A DNA stretch of 64,000 nt from a bacterium (GTDB lineage: Bacteria; SM23-31). The position numbers were made by a program, and so were the translations under genes. Shown here piece by piece: positions 50,370 to 63,712 of the stretch (position 1 is the stretch's first letter; the number at the start of each line of letters is the position of its first letter). A model generated the notes under the pieces. It saw nothing but the letters and a program-made list of their open reading frames with translations. It ran no database searches and was not told the origin of the DNA. Location: contig OZ252239.1 of the NCBI GenBank assembly GCA_965249485.1, forward strand, positions 2,976,001 to 3,040,000. Direction: 5' to 3'.

Positions 50370-51677
50370 TTAGAACAGTCCCATGAATTTCTTTTTTTGT
50401 ATGGGCGTCAGACTTTCTGCAACGCCTTTATCAATACCTTTTTTTATAAGAATTGCCCGGATTTCTTCCGGCGGTTTATCACCAATCTTTTTCATAATCT
50501 CTTTAGCTTCCTGTCGAATTTTTTTCATTTTTGCACTTTTTATATCTCCCATAATATCTCTGGCTTTGCTCATAAGTGCATCAAGTTTTTTTAACTGCAA
50601 ATCGAACCGACGAAGATCTTCTACGGGTATAGGTGTATCACTTTTTTCTGACTCTTTGATTTTCTGCTCAAGTCTCTGTTTTGTTTTTTGCCCTCGTCCG
50701 AGTGCGGAATTTAAAGTTTTAAATCCTTCTTCCTGTTCGTCGATTTTTAAATGGATCCCGGCAATGAGTATCAGAAGGTCAACTTCAGCAACGACACTTT
50801 TGATCGCCTGAGAATGCGTGAATGCTAAATTTAAAAATTTTATGGCAGCTTTCATTGCTGCTGCCTCTTCGCCTGGAACTTCAGGCCATCCTTTTTTGAG
50901 AAATTCGATTAGTTTGTTCAGTGTGTTTATAATTTTATCACTGACGTCTTTATTCGAATCTACCTCTCTATACAGCCATCCTAAACGGAGGTAAAACCTT
51001 CCGATTCTAAATACATTACGTTCTTCGGTTTCCTCCATAATCTCTTGAATGAAAATAGCAAGCAAATGCAGTTTAATTGCTTGATAATAATTCATTTTAT
51101 TGTAATCAATATTTTCACCAAGCTTATCGACTATTTTCTCAACACGTGGGTCATCGTGATACTTATCGATAAATGCGTCTTTCAGAAATCGGAAATTGCT
51201 GTACTGATCTTTGAGAGGATTTCCATATTCAGCATAATAATCTGAGTAGTGGCAGTTAGGGCAATGCCATATATAATAAAGGTGCGGAAGATAGTTCTCA
51301 AATGCCTTTTCTGTCCACATGTATTTTCCGACATGTTTATCTAAATCCACATTACGTTCAGAATATATCTTTGAATGAAACCATCTCTGCTCGTTTGCTG
51401 CATCACACACAGGGCATTTTGTCTTCCTAATATAGAATGGACTTTTATCAGGATCTTCCTCCGCAACTGCGACAGGAGCGGCTTTCTCTGTTGCAACCGC
51501 AGCTTCAGCTTTTTTCTTTGCAGCCTTCTTCTCTACAGCTGGCCTCATCTTGGCTGCACAGTCACTGCAGACAAGGAAGTCAAAATCGTAATGTGAACCG
51601 CATAAATTGTCACGATTGCAGTTTGGACATGAAAAATTATCCGTTTCGTCAAATTCACTGCATATTGGACATTTCAC
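50370..51677 (-). CDS. DUF2225-like protein with an extra N-terminal Cys/His zinc finger
   Basis: CPIC/CPNC/CxxH/CxxC N-terminus; CPVC...IWHCPNCHY; YLRLGWLYRE; TPR-like helices. Start placed at GTG 51677 behind GGAGG. Confidence 0.7.
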   Translation of the reverse strand: MKCPICSEFDETDNFSCPNCNRDNLCGSHYDFDFLVCSDCAAKMRPAVEKKAAKKKAEAAVATEKAAPVAVAEEDPDKSPFYIRKTKCPVCDAANEQRWFHSKIYSERNVDLDKHVGKYMWTEKAFENYLPHLYYIWHCPNCHYSDYYAEYGNPLKDQYSNFRFLKDAFIDKYHDDPRVEKIVDKLGENIDYNKMNYYQAIKLHLLAIFIQEIMEETEERNVFRIGRFYLRLGWLYREVDSNKDVSDKIINTLNKLIEFLKKGWPEVPGEEAAAMKAAIKFLNLAFTHSQAIKSVVAEVDLLILIAGIHLKIDEQEEGFKTLNSALGRGQKTKQRLEQKIKESEKSDTPIPVEDLRRFDLQLKKLDALMSKARDIMGDIKSAKMKKIRQEAKEIMKKIGDKPPEEIRAILIKKGIDKGVAESLTPIQKKKFMGLF

Positions 51678-52060
51678 GTAAAGCCCTCCCAAAGTATAAA
51701 ACTATGATAGATTTTCTTTATTTAAATAGCGTCATTTTGACAATCAATATCAGAAAGCATTATTATCGGAAATTGTCGGAGTCAATGCTGCATATTATGA
51801 GACAAGATAGTTGTGAACTAATAGCTAAGATCAGTGGAGAAATATATATATTTATGTATGCAAATGCAAATTCTTTTCGTATCACTAAGAAGCAACCTCT
51901 AGAATTGACTTTCAATAATATCTTGACTCGCAAGTGAGCGTTTTGTACCTTTTCATATTAAAGATATTTGCAATCACTCCCTGAGCATGTTCCCGATTTA
52001 CTTCATTATTTGTTGAGAGCATCTTTTACTCCAATGGATGACAACTCCGAATAACTGAAA

Positions 52061-53446
52061 TTGAATAAAGGTAACCCTGTTATGTTTCACTTCTACAGGA
52101 ATTCTGGTATATTTTCGCTTGTCATATTGATTTTATCAATCAATAATATAACTTCTGCAGGGCAATCTTCAGACGAGTTTGCTACCCGTCGTAACGCCAT
52201 TTTTGATACAATGAATGTCAACAGTGTCCTCATAATGCGGGCACTTGAACCATCTGAGGAATTCAGTTCCTACCGTCAGGAGAATAACTTCTATTATCTG
52301 ACAGGTGTGATGGAGCCCAATTCCGCCCTCATTATTGCAAAACAATCTTTGGGAGATAATAGTTTATACAATGATGCTCAGCATGCGTTATTGTTTATTC
52401 AGGAACGTAATAATGATCGAGCTGATTGGGACCCGGCATCTCTCGGCATTGAGGGAGCACAAACAGAACTTGGATTTCAGCAAGTGTTGCCTTATCGGGA
52501 CTTTCAGGAGGTTCTGGAAGAGACTCTCCGCAACAATTATTCAACTGTTTACATGGATTATTCCCGTTCAAAACGACTCACAGACCCTTTGACTGCTGAT
52601 GAAGCACTTTTTCATAATGCACGGGAACGGGGTGCCCACTTTGAAGTCATGTCTCCTGTTCCTTTAGTACTGTTGCTGCGAGAAATCAAATCTGATTCGG
52701 AAATCATTCTGTTGAAGACCGCTATCAATGTGACGGCTGAAGCACATAAAGAAGCAATGCGCTCCATTAAACCGAGCATAAAGGAATATCACCTGCAAGC
52801 CGTTGTTGAGCATGTATTTACTATCAACAATTCCAAATCTGGTTTTAAATCCATTATTGCATCAGGGCCGAATACCGTTGTGCTCCACTGGGATGAGAAC
52901 AGTAGAACAATGGAAGACGGAGATTTGGTTGTCGTCGACATCGGAGCAGAATATGGTATGTATACAGCGGATATTACAAGAACGATCCCGGTAAACGGCG
53001 CCTACTCACATCGGCAAAGAGAAATTTACTCCCTTGTTCTCGCCGCTCAAAATGCAGGCATTGATTTACTCAAACCAGGTGTGCAGTGGAGTGAAATTAA
53101 TAAAGCGGTAAATGAGACATTGCGGAAAGGTTTAAAAAAATTTGGAATGATTGAAGAGGATTCAGAATTACGAAAGTACTTTTATCATGGATTGGGCCAT
53201 GGAATAGGATTGTACGTTCATGACAATACGAATCTATCAACACTAGAAGCAGGCATGATTATTACCGTTGAACCGGGTTTATATATACGAGAAGAAGGAC
53301 TTGGAGTGCGGATAGAAGATGACTTTCTCATAACGGAATCGGGATATATTCATTTATCTTATGGGGCACCGAGATCAATAGATAAAATCGAATCAATTAT
53401 GAAAGAATCAGGAACTAATTTCCAGCGATATTTACTCGATAAATAA
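52061..53446 (+). CDS. pepP: Xaa-Pro aminopeptidase (M24B), probably secreted
   Basis: YRQENNFYYLTG, DIGAE...ADITRT, HGLGHGIGLYVHD, TVEPGLY, GVRIEDD. Confidence 0.9.
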   Translation: MNKGNPVMFHFYRNSGIFSLVILILSINNITSAGQSSDEFATRRNAIFDTMNVNSVLIMRALEPSEEFSSYRQENNFYYLTGVMEPNSALIIAKQSLGDNSLYNDAQHALLFIQERNNDRADWDPASLGIEGAQTELGFQQVLPYRDFQEVLEETLRNNYSTVYMDYSRSKRLTDPLTADEALFHNARERGAHFEVMSPVPLVLLLREIKSDSEIILLKTAINVTAEAHKEAMRSIKPSIKEYHLQAVVEHVFTINNSKSGFKSIIASGPNTVVLHWDENSRTMEDGDLVVVDIGAEYGMYTADITRTIPVNGAYSHRQREIYSLVLAAQNAGIDLLKPGVQWSEINKAVNETLRKGLKKFGMIEEDSELRKYFYHGLGHGIGLYVHDNTNLSTLEAGMIITVEPGLYIREEGLGVRIEDDFLITESGYIHLSYGAPRSIDKIESIMKESGTNFQRYLLDK

Positions 53447-53513
53447 TCTATATTAATTTTCAGGCTTGAAATATACTATTATTTGCTTATCTCTTCAGAA
53501 ATAGGAGCGGTAT

Positions 53514-54605
53514 ATGACACGAAAAATGTCAAGAAGAACATTTATCAAAACAGGCAGCTCAGCCGGGGCAGGCTTCACAATTTTAGCGGGAACCGGAACG
53601 GTTTTCGGGAAAAATTCGAAACGGCATCATCAGGTCAGACCAATCATAATGAACAGTCACGGCAGTGAACAGCGCGGCGCCCTCGGATCGTCAGGGAACA
53701 ACTCCGCATGGCTAATTCTTGAAGACAGCGGAACCGCTCTTGATGCTGTAGAAAGGTGTGCCAACACGATTGAAGTCGATCCGGAAGATACAAGCGTTGG
53801 GTATGGTGGTCTTCCAAATGAAGATGGCGTCGTGCAGCTCGACGCACAGATTGCCGACGGTAAATCCTATAACTTCGGTGCAGTTGGAGCAATTGAAAAT
53901 ATAAAAACACCTTCATCGATTGCGCGGCTTGTTATGGAACGGACGGACCATATAATGCTCGTTGGGAATGGAGCTCTCCGGTTTGCAAAAATGCACGGAT
54001 TCAAGGAGGAAAACCTACTTACTGAGAAAGCACGTAAGGCATGGCTCGAGTGGAAAGAAAATATGAGTGACGAGGATGATTGGCAGTCGCCCGAAAAAAA
54101 GGACAACAATCAAAGTGGGATCCTATTTGATGAAGAATATACAGCTGACGGAAGGATTCATGGTACGGTCAATGTTTTATCCGTTGATTATCATGGTGAT
54201 ATTGCCGGCATCACAACGACGAGCGGTCTTTCATTCAAGCTGTCGGGAAGGCTCGGTGATTCACCTATTATCGGAGCAGGGCTTTATGTGGACAATAACA
54301 TCGGCGGGGCAGGTGCAACTGGCCGGGGTGAGGAAGTGATAAAAACATGCGGCAGTTTTCTTCTTGTAGAATTCATGCGCAGCGGTATGAGCCCTCAAAA
54401 AGCGTGTGAGGCTGTATGTCGGCGGATAATTGATAATTATGGCGGTCACGTCAATTTTAATGACAAATTTGTCGCGCTAAATAAAGATGGTGAACTCGGA
54501 TGTGCGAGTATCCGCGGCAGAAAAGGATCAGAGCCGCAACTCGTTTATATGGAAGATGGAGAAAATAAAATCTATACGGGGACGTTTATACTCTCTGCAG
54601 ATTAA
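53514..54605 (+). CDS. N(4)-(beta-N-acetylglucosaminyl)-L-asparaginase (Ntn hydrolase), Tat-exported
   Basis: Tat motif SRRTFIK; SVGYGGLP; HG-T autocleavage site; TTSG...GRLGDSPIIGAG; ATGRGE. Confidence 0.9.
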   Translation: MTRKMSRRTFIKTGSSAGAGFTILAGTGTVFGKNSKRHHQVRPIIMNSHGSEQRGALGSSGNNSAWLILEDSGTALDAVERCANTIEVDPEDTSVGYGGLPNEDGVVQLDAQIADGKSYNFGAVGAIENIKTPSSIARLVMERTDHIMLVGNGALRFAKMHGFKEENLLTEKARKAWLEWKENMSDEDDWQSPEKKDNNQSGILFDEEYTADGRIHGTVNVLSVDYHGDIAGITTTSGLSFKLSGRLGDSPIIGAGLYVDNNIGGAGATGRGEEVIKTCGSFLLVEFMRSGMSPQKACEAVCRRIIDNYGGHVNFNDKFVALNKDGELGCASIRGRKGSEPQLVYMEDGENKIYTGTFILSAD

Positions 54606-54655
54606 AGAGAAAGGTGCAATGCCTTATTGCTGATGATTATGATGTGTGCATTGAC

Positions 54656-54868
54656 TTAAAACGATTCCGCTTCATCAATGAGCATGATTGGGATGTCATC
54701 CTCGACACGATATTTTAAACGGCAGTTATTGCAGATCAACAGATTATTATTTTTATCGTATTCGAGATCTATTTCCTGAATTTCCTCTTCACCCTGCTCA
54801 TTGTTAACCTTTTTCTCGCTTTTACACTTTGGGCAGGCAAGAATATCAAGCAATTCCTGATTCAGCAT
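54656..54868 (-). CDS. Trm112/YcaR family protein
   Basis: LLDILACPKCK...LICNNCRLKYRVEDDIPIMLIDEA. Confidence 0.9.
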   Translation of the reverse strand: MLNQELLDILACPKCKSEKKVNNEQGEEEIQEIDLEYDKNNNLLICNNCRLKYRVEDDIPIMLIDEAESF

Positions 54869-54961
54869 AGAATACTCCTTGATTATATATACTTTTCTAA
54901 TACTTCTTTACTAAGATATAACAAACAAATCTGCCGGCATCCACTCTTCCAAATAATATAA

Positions 54962-56416
54962 TTACTCATTTTCGAAATTATACCGGACGTCGATCTCCCG
55001 AGAGGCTTTTACCTCATCGAGTCGCGATACAGGAGTCACGTGCGGCGCACTTTTAAGAATATCAGGATTGTTTTCGACTTCATCGGCAATCTGAATAAGC
55101 GTTTCTGCAAATGCTTCCAATGTTTCTTTGGTTTCGGTTTCTGTCGGCTCGATCATCAATGCTTCTTTGACAATCAGTGGGAAATAGGTGGTCGGAGCAT
55201 GAAATCCGAAATCGAGCAGCCGTTTTGCGATATCGAGCGTCCGGATTCCCTTTTCTTTTTGTTTGGATGCAGAAAGAACAAGTTCGTGCATGATCGGCGA
55301 ACCGTAGGGATGTTCATAATGATCACCAAGCAATGATAATAAATAATTAGCATTCAGGATTGCGCTCTCGCTCACCCGTCTCATTCCCCGCTTACCGAGC
55401 ATCGTCATATAGGTTAGTGCCCTCACCAGTATGCCAAAATTACCGAAAAAGCCGTGGATCTTTCCGATCGAATCGGGATAATCATGAGAAAGGTGAAATG
55501 TATCTCCCGATTTGATAATTCTCGGAACAGGGAGAAATTCGACAAGTTTGTCCGTAACAGCGACAGGTCCAGCTCCTGGTCCACCACCACCATGCGGTGT
55601 TGAAAACGTTTTATGGAGGTTAATATGAAGAATATCGACACCAAGTGAACCGGGTTTTACAAAGCCGAGAAGCGCATTCAGATTCGCTCCATCCATATAT
55701 AAAAGCGCATCCTTTTTATGAAGCGCGTCGGCTATCTCAGCAATATCTTTCTCAAAAAATCCGAGCGTATTCGGGTTTGTAACCATAAGCCCTGCAACAT
55801 TGTCAGTGAGCTTCGTATAAAAATCTTCAAGATCGATCGTTCCTTGGTCATTCGACTTTATTTCGCGTGTTTCAAATCCCGCAATAGCTACACTAGAAGG
55901 ATTAGTACCGTGTGCAGAATCGGGAATAAGGATAATGTTTCGACCGGATTTGTTTTTGTCATGATATTTCCGCATTAACATTATTCCGGTAAATTCACCA
56001 TGAGAACCGGCAGCAGGTTGCGCTGTCACGGCAGCTAGTCCGGTAACTTCACATAGTATTCGTTCGATTTCCCACACAACCTCAAGACAACCCTGCACGC
56101 TTGATGCAGGCTGATGTGGATGAGAAGTAGAATACCCTGGAAGTGCGGCAGTATCTTCATTGATTTTCGGATTATATTTCATTGTACACGATCCGAGAGG
56201 ATAAAATCCGCGGTCTATGTTATAATTCATCAGAGAGAGCCGTACAAAATGTCTGACAACTTCATTTTCCGCTACTTCTGGTAGTCGTGCAGGCTGTTTT
56301 CGAACGTATGCCCCACCAAGAAGCTCGTCAAGTGGTTTCTCCGGAACATCGAGATTGTCTAAAGTAAAGCCTTTGCGGCCGGGACTGCTCATTTCAAAAA
56401 GAATCTTTTCTGGCAT
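54962..56416 (-). CDS. gcvPB: Glycine dehydrogenase (decarboxylating) subunit 2
   Basis: PLGSCTMKYNP, SAHGTNP, HINLHKTFSTPHGGGGPG (PLP Lys), IEPTETE. Confidence 0.97.
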   Translation of the reverse strand: MPEKILFEMSSPGRKGFTLDNLDVPEKPLDELLGGAYVRKQPARLPEVAENEVVRHFVRLSLMNYNIDRGFYPLGSCTMKYNPKINEDTAALPGYSTSHPHQPASSVQGCLEVVWEIERILCEVTGLAAVTAQPAAGSHGEFTGIMLMRKYHDKNKSGRNIILIPDSAHGTNPSSVAIAGFETREIKSNDQGTIDLEDFYTKLTDNVAGLMVTNPNTLGFFEKDIAEIADALHKKDALLYMDGANLNALLGFVKPGSLGVDILHINLHKTFSTPHGGGGPGAGPVAVTDKLVEFLPVPRIIKSGDTFHLSHDYPDSIGKIHGFFGNFGILVRALTYMTMLGKRGMRRVSESAILNANYLLSLLGDHYEHPYGSPIMHELVLSASKQKEKGIRTLDIAKRLLDFGFHAPTTYFPLIVKEALMIEPTETETKETLEAFAETLIQIADEVENNPDILKSAPHVTPVSRLDEVKASREIDVRYNFENE

Positions 56417-56442
56417 TTTGAAAGTTCTCCACTACATATAAA

Positions 56443-57801
56443 TTATTCTACAACAACTTTTTTGTTCTGCACTGAAGCGAATAGCTTCAGTTTATCAAGC
56501 AAAGTATCCATATCTTCTTTTGTCCGTTTTTCAGTAACAGCAATCAAAAGCCCGTGAGGATCGTTCATGTTGTCTAATGGAATACCAGCAAAGATGTCAT
56601 GTTCAAGCAACACATTGCACACCTTTTGAGCCGGTTCCGGACACGACACAACAAACTCATGGAAAAAAGGCTGATTATATTTGAGTGAAAATCCAGGAAT
56701 TTCGGCAATTTTTTCTGCAAGATAGTGAGCTTTCTGCACACACTGTTTTGCCACTTCACGAATCCCTTCTTTTCCGATCAGCGACATGTAGATACACGCC
56801 CTGAGCATCATCAGACCCTGATTGGTACAGATATTCGATGTTGCTTTCTCTCTTCTTATATGTTGTTCGCGCGTCTGAAGCGCAAGAACAAATCCCTGAC
56901 GCCCCTGCATATCAACTGTTCTACCGGACAGTCTTCCCGGAATTTTACGAATGAGACTCTGCTTCACTGCAAATATACCTAAATAGGGACCGCCCCAGTT
57001 AACCGGATTTCCAAGTACTTGTCCCTCACCCGTCACAATATCTATATCACATTCACCCGGTGACTTGAGCAGCGCAAGTGCAATCGGATTAGCAGCCGTT
57101 ATAATGAGACCTCCGGCTTTATGGACAATTGATGCCAACTCAGACAGAGGCTCAATAATGCCATAATAATTCGGATATTGCAGCACGAGTCCTGCATATT
57201 CTTCACCCATTTTCTGCTTCAGATCATCAATATCTATTGAGCCACTGTTGCACGAGACTTCTTCGATGATGATACTACGTCCAAAGCAATAGGTCTTGAT
57301 TACTTGCTTATAATTAACCGGTAGATTTTCTGCGATTAATATCTTTTCTTTTTTCTTGAATGATGTTGCCAGAAGAACAGCTTCTGCTGTTGCTGATACT
57401 CCGCAATACATAGATGCATTGCTCACATCCATTCCCGTCAACTCACAAATCATTGTTTGGTACTCATAAATAGCCTGCAAAGTCCCCTGACTTACTTCAG
57501 GCTGATATGGTGTATATGCGGTTGAAAATTCAGAACGGTCTGTAAGATGATTCACTACTGATGGAATATAGTGATCGTACGATCCGCCTCCTAAAAAGCT
57601 GATATAATTCTGAGCATTTTTTGATGCAAGCTGACTAAGATACTCAAATGTTGACAGTTCGGATTTTCCCGGAAACTGTTTCCAATCTTCCTGTATGAGG
57701 TACTCATTCGGGACTCCCTTCATAAGCCCATCGACACTCGACACACCGAGAGATTGTAGCATCTTCTTTTGGTCCTGGTCCGAGTTAGAAATAAAAGGCA
57801 T
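56443..57801 (-). CDS. gcvPA: Glycine dehydrogenase (decarboxylating) subunit 1
   Basis: TAYTPYQPEVSQGTLQ, QTREQHIRREKATSNICTNQ. Start placed at ATG 57801 (MPFISN). Confidence 0.97.
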   Translation of the reverse strand: MPFISNSDQDQKKMLQSLGVSSVDGLMKGVPNEYLIQEDWKQFPGKSELSTFEYLSQLASKNAQNYISFLGGGSYDHYIPSVVNHLTDRSEFSTAYTPYQPEVSQGTLQAIYEYQTMICELTGMDVSNASMYCGVSATAEAVLLATSFKKKEKILIAENLPVNYKQVIKTYCFGRSIIIEEVSCNSGSIDIDDLKQKMGEEYAGLVLQYPNYYGIIEPLSELASIVHKAGGLIITAANPIALALLKSPGECDIDIVTGEGQVLGNPVNWGGPYLGIFAVKQSLIRKIPGRLSGRTVDMQGRQGFVLALQTREQHIRREKATSNICTNQGLMMLRACIYMSLIGKEGIREVAKQCVQKAHYLAEKIAEIPGFSLKYNQPFFHEFVVSCPEPAQKVCNVLLEHDIFAGIPLDNMNDPHGLLIAVTEKRTKEDMDTLLDKLKLFASVQNKKVVVE

Positions 57802-58041
57802 TGCAACTCCAAAAATAATTGTGATAAGGTTTGATGTAATCCGATTGCGAATCGGTCGTAGCAAATTACTTAACGAATGATTAAAAAGTTATATTATTTC
57901 AAGAAATGTATTGTTCCCATAAAAAGATTAGGGCACTCATCAAGAGTGCCGTTTTCATTTATCGATTGCAGCAAAGTATTAGAGTAGTTCGATTAATCGA
58001 ATAAGTTTGAGTAAATACAATTTAAATCCGCAAGAAGCACA

Positions 58042-58428
58042 CTACTCAATTAATGCTTTATAATCTTTTGCAGATAGGAGGCCATCAAATTCAGATTTAT
58101 CACTCATTTTAATTTTGACAAGCCATCCATCTCCATACGGGTCTTTATTACAAAGTTCCGGTTTCTCTTCAAGCTGATGGTTTACCTCAACAATTTCACC
58201 GGTAACGGGTGAGAATAGATCCTCTACTGCTTTTACTGCTTCAATTGAACCAAAGGGCTCATTGGCTGCAATTGAGCTTCCAACTTCCGGTAATTCCAGA
58301 TAGACGATGTCTTCGAGTTGGTCCTGTGCAAAATCGGTTACACCAACAACTACGACATCGTCACCCTCAATATAAGCCCATTCGTGCTCTTGCGTATACG
58401 ACAAATCATCGGGAATTTCAATTGCCAT
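58042..58428 (-). CDS. gcvH: Glycine cleavage system H protein
   Basis: [23 protein letters not shown] (lipoyl Lys), DPYGDGWL. Start ATG 58428 overlaps the accC end. Confidence 0.96.
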   Translation of the reverse strand: MAIEIPDDLSYTQEHEWAYIEGDDVVVVGVTDFAQDQLEDIVYLELPEVGSSIAANEPFGSIEAVKAVEDLFSPVTGEIVEVNHQLEEKPELCNKDPYGDGWLVKIKMSDKSEFDGLLSAKDYKALIE

Positions 58429-59764
58429 TTTTAAACTCCTCAATAAATCCAGTGTGATAGGTTCCTTGTTGAAATTGTTCTGATGCAATGACCGATTGAT
58501 GAAACGGAATGGTCGAATGAATACCCTCAATGATAAACTCCTCAAGTCCCCGCTGCATGCGCAAAACCGCTTCATGTCTGGTCTCACCATACGCTATCAA
58601 TTTGGCCAATAATGAATCATAATATGGAGGTACATAATATGAAGCATATGCATGTGTATCAACCCGAATTCCGGGACCTCCCGGCAAGTGAAAACTTGTG
58701 ATCTTTCCGGCAGACGGCGCAAAATTATTCAGGGGATCTTCTGCATTAATACGACACTCAATTGCATGTCCCTTCATTTTTTTATCCTTGTAGCCGTTGC
58801 TCAGCTTTTCTCCTGCTACAATCCTGAGTTGATCCTTTACCAGATCAATATCACACACCATTTCTGTTACCGGATGCTCAACCTGAATTCTGGTGTTCAT
58901 TTCCATAAAATAAAATCCCCCGTCCTGAGACAGGAGAAACTCCATTGTACCAGCATTGGTGTAGTTTACCGACATTGCTCCTTTTATAGCTATCTCCCCC
59001 ATTTGTTGCCGCATTTCAGCTGTTAGGACAGGGGATGGCGATTCTTCTATTAATTTTTGATGCCGTCTCTGTATAGAGCAATCCCGCTCTCCGTGGTGGA
59101 CAACATTTCCGTGTTCATCAGCGATGATTTGTATTTCGATATGGCGGGGATTTTCAATAAATTTCTCAATATAGATCGCACCATCACCAAAATTTTTAAT
59201 AGCTTCGTTCCGAGCAATAGTAAAGAATTTTTCCAGATCACTGGAATCTCGCACAATCCGCATGCCCTTACCGCCACCACCAGCTGAAGCCTTGACAATC
59301 ACCGGGTATCCGATTTCATCAGCAATTTTCTTTGCAGCAGCAGCATCACTGACAATTGAATCACTTCCGGGTATAACGGGAACTCCTGCGTTTCTCATTG
59401 TCTCCTTTGCAGCCGCCTTGTTACCCATTAGTGAGATAACTTTTGCAGAAGGGCCTACAAACTTTATATCATTCGTAGCACAAATATCTGCAAAATTTGT
59501 GTTCTCGGCAAGGAATCCATATCCAGGATGAATTGCATCGGCATTACTTATTTCGGCTGCCCCTATGATGCGAGAGATGTTAAGATAACTGTCCTGAGAA
59601 GGGGCAGGACCAATACATATTGCTTCATCAGCAAATCTGACATGGAGCGAATCCCGGTCGGCGTCAGAAAATACAGCAATTGATTTAATGCCAAGTTCTT
59701 TACATGCTCTGATGATTCTGAGAGCAATTTCTCCTCGATTTGCAATTAACAATTTAGAAATCAT
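58418..59764 (-). CDS. accC: Acetyl-CoA carboxylase biotin carboxylase
   Basis: [52 protein letters not shown]. Confidence 0.97.
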   Translation of the reverse strand: MISKLLIANRGEIALRIIRACKELGIKSIAVFSDADRDSLHVRFADEAICIGPAPSQDSYLNISRIIGAAEISNADAIHPGYGFLAENTNFADICATNDIKFVGPSAKVISLMGNKAAAKETMRNAGVPVIPGSDSIVSDAAAAKKIADEIGYPVIVKASAGGGGKGMRIVRDSSDLEKFFTIARNEAIKNFGDGAIYIEKFIENPRHIEIQIIADEHGNVVHHGERDCSIQRRHQKLIEESPSPVLTAEMRQQMGEIAIKGAMSVNYTNAGTMEFLLSQDGGFYFMEMNTRIQVEHPVTEMVCDIDLVKDQLRIVAGEKLSNGYKDKKMKGHAIECRINAEDPLNNFAPSAGKITSFHLPGGPGIRVDTHAYASYYVPPYYDSLLAKLIAYGETRHEAVLRMQRGLEEFIIEGIHSTIPFHQSVIASEQFQQGTYHTGFIEEFKNGN

Positions 59765-59798
59765 ATTAATTTAAATATCAACTAATTTAATTTGAACA

Positions 59799-60941
59799 TC
59801 AAACGTGTTTATCAAGATTGATATTTATCGGATCAATCCGGATCTCTTTATCGCTATAAAGCAACCGGATATGAGGAGCATTAAGGTTACCCTCATTAAG
59901 TGAAATGACAACACCTTGATATCCCGCAAACTTACCAGATACAATTTCACAATTTGAACCCACTGGATACCTCGGCACAATACTGAGAAATGCATTGACA
60001 ATTTCCGCATTTAGGTGTGAATATGCACTGTTTTTTATTATATCGAGTACTTTATCATGCAGAAGGCTTTTTCTTTACGGACGATCCGAACTTAACGCAT
60101 CATACATATCCGCAACAGCTGAAATTTCACCGTAAAGTGCGATTTGAATATTACTATCGTCACGCTTTATGGAATTGCTGCCTGTCAGTCCACGTGGATA
60201 ACCCGAACCGTCTTGTCGCTCATGGTGCTGATATGCCACATGTGTCGGCATGATTGGCAGTGATTCTTTCAGCAGTTCATATCCCATTGAAGCGTGTTCT
60301 TTGATGAGTTCATATTCCTCATCTGTTAATTTACTACTTTTCTGCAATATATGTTTCGGTATGAACACCTTTCCAATATCATGCAGGAGACATCCGGTAG
60401 CAAGCTCATGCAGCTGACGGACATTCAATTGCAGTTTTCTTCCGATCATTAACGAAAATATAGTGACATCGATCGAATGATTAAAACTATAATTGTCGTG
60501 TGTTTTAAGTGAATTCAGTCCGTTTAATTCCGCGCTTGAGATGACATCTTCAATTATATCATCAACCGCTCTGGAAACATGAGAGTGAATACCGATCGAG
60601 CCAATCGCTTTTCTTACCGTTTTCGACCGTAAGTTATCAATGATTTTATCAGCGGACTGGTCTTTGAAATCCCGGATAGCCTTCTTCACATAATTGTTCG
60701 TCACATTCAGACGTTTTGTTGTCTCAATTCGAGTGTTGTCCGAAATCATCTCTTCATGTTCAACATCCAGAAGATCGGGATCTGCTATATAAACAGTCTG
60801 AAAACCTAAATCGACAAGCCGTTGTATATATCGACTTGTCAATTCAACATTTCGATTTAGCAGTATATTACCATTCTCATCCCGAATAGGAAGACTTAAC
60901 TGCATTCCGGGTTTAAGACTGTTAATACTCAGTCGACGCAT
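59799..60941 (-). pseudogene. HD-GYP c-di-GMP phosphodiesterase with nonsense TAA at 60075-60077
   Basis: LLHDIGK, HHERQDGSGYPRGL, ADMYDALSSDRP*RKS. The frame continues 91 codons (...IVPRYPVGS...) to TGA at 59799. Confidence 0.88.
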
Positions 60942-61393
60942 TATTTTTTGCTTTCGTCGATGTAAAAAAGCGGTTGGTTATATTCGACGGGCAAAGCATT
61001 ATCGATCAGTGTCTCAACAATTGTTCCACTAACCTCTGATTCAATTTCGTTCATAACTTTCATAGCTTCAATAATGCAGAGCGTCTGTCCTACTTTTACT
61101 GTATCGCCAACCGATATAAATGGTGGATCATCAGGGGCTGGTGCGCGATAAAAAGTTCCAACCATTGGGGAGGAAACAACGGTATAAGGTTTTTCCTGTT
61201 CATGATCGGATTGTTTAAGCAGAGGCGCTATATCTTCATGAATTTCGGATTTAGAATCTGGAATTTCAACCTTGTTAGCTGAACCATTTTTTGCAACACG
61301 AATCCGCTCACCCCACCATCTTCTAATTTCAATTTCATCAATACCGGTGTCGTCAAGTATTTTGATGAGTTGCCGAATTTTTTTTTCTCTCAT
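60941..61393 (-). CDS. accB: Biotin carboxyl carrier protein
   Basis: [23 protein letters not shown]. Confidence 0.96.
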   Translation of the reverse strand: MREKKIRQLIKILDDTGIDEIEIRRWWGERIRVAKNGSANKVEIPDSKSEIHEDIAPLLKQSDHEQEKPYTVVSSPMVGTFYRAPAPDDPPFISVGDTVKVGQTLCIIEAMKVMNEIESEVSGTIVETLIDNALPVEYNQPLFYIDESKK

Positions 61394-61551
61394 AAACTGT
61401 ATCAGAGCTTTCGCAACTTGTTAAAAATCAACTGGTTAAAATCTTGTTATCGCAGTCGATTTATCATCATTTCAAGTCTTTATTGTACAATAATTTCATT
61501 GCATAATTGTACAAATTTAAAGCAAAAATATACTACTAATAAGCAGAAAAG

Positions 61552-63639
<2,088 letters not shown>

Positions 63640-63712
63640 TTATACGGCAAGGATGGGGAAAAACATGGCAAAGGATATCGTAAACACATTTAACAGAGGA
63701 AACCGGACAAAA

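Noticed and set aside
57932..57950. GGCACTC-ATCAA-GAGTGCC resembling a CIRCE element
   Set aside because: The spacer is 5 nt rather than 9 and the TTA/TAA ends are missing; more likely a simple hairpin between gcvH and gcvPA.
57802..58041. Glycine riboswitch upstream of gcvPA
   Set aside because: No GGAGA...CCGAAG...CUCUCAGG core found.
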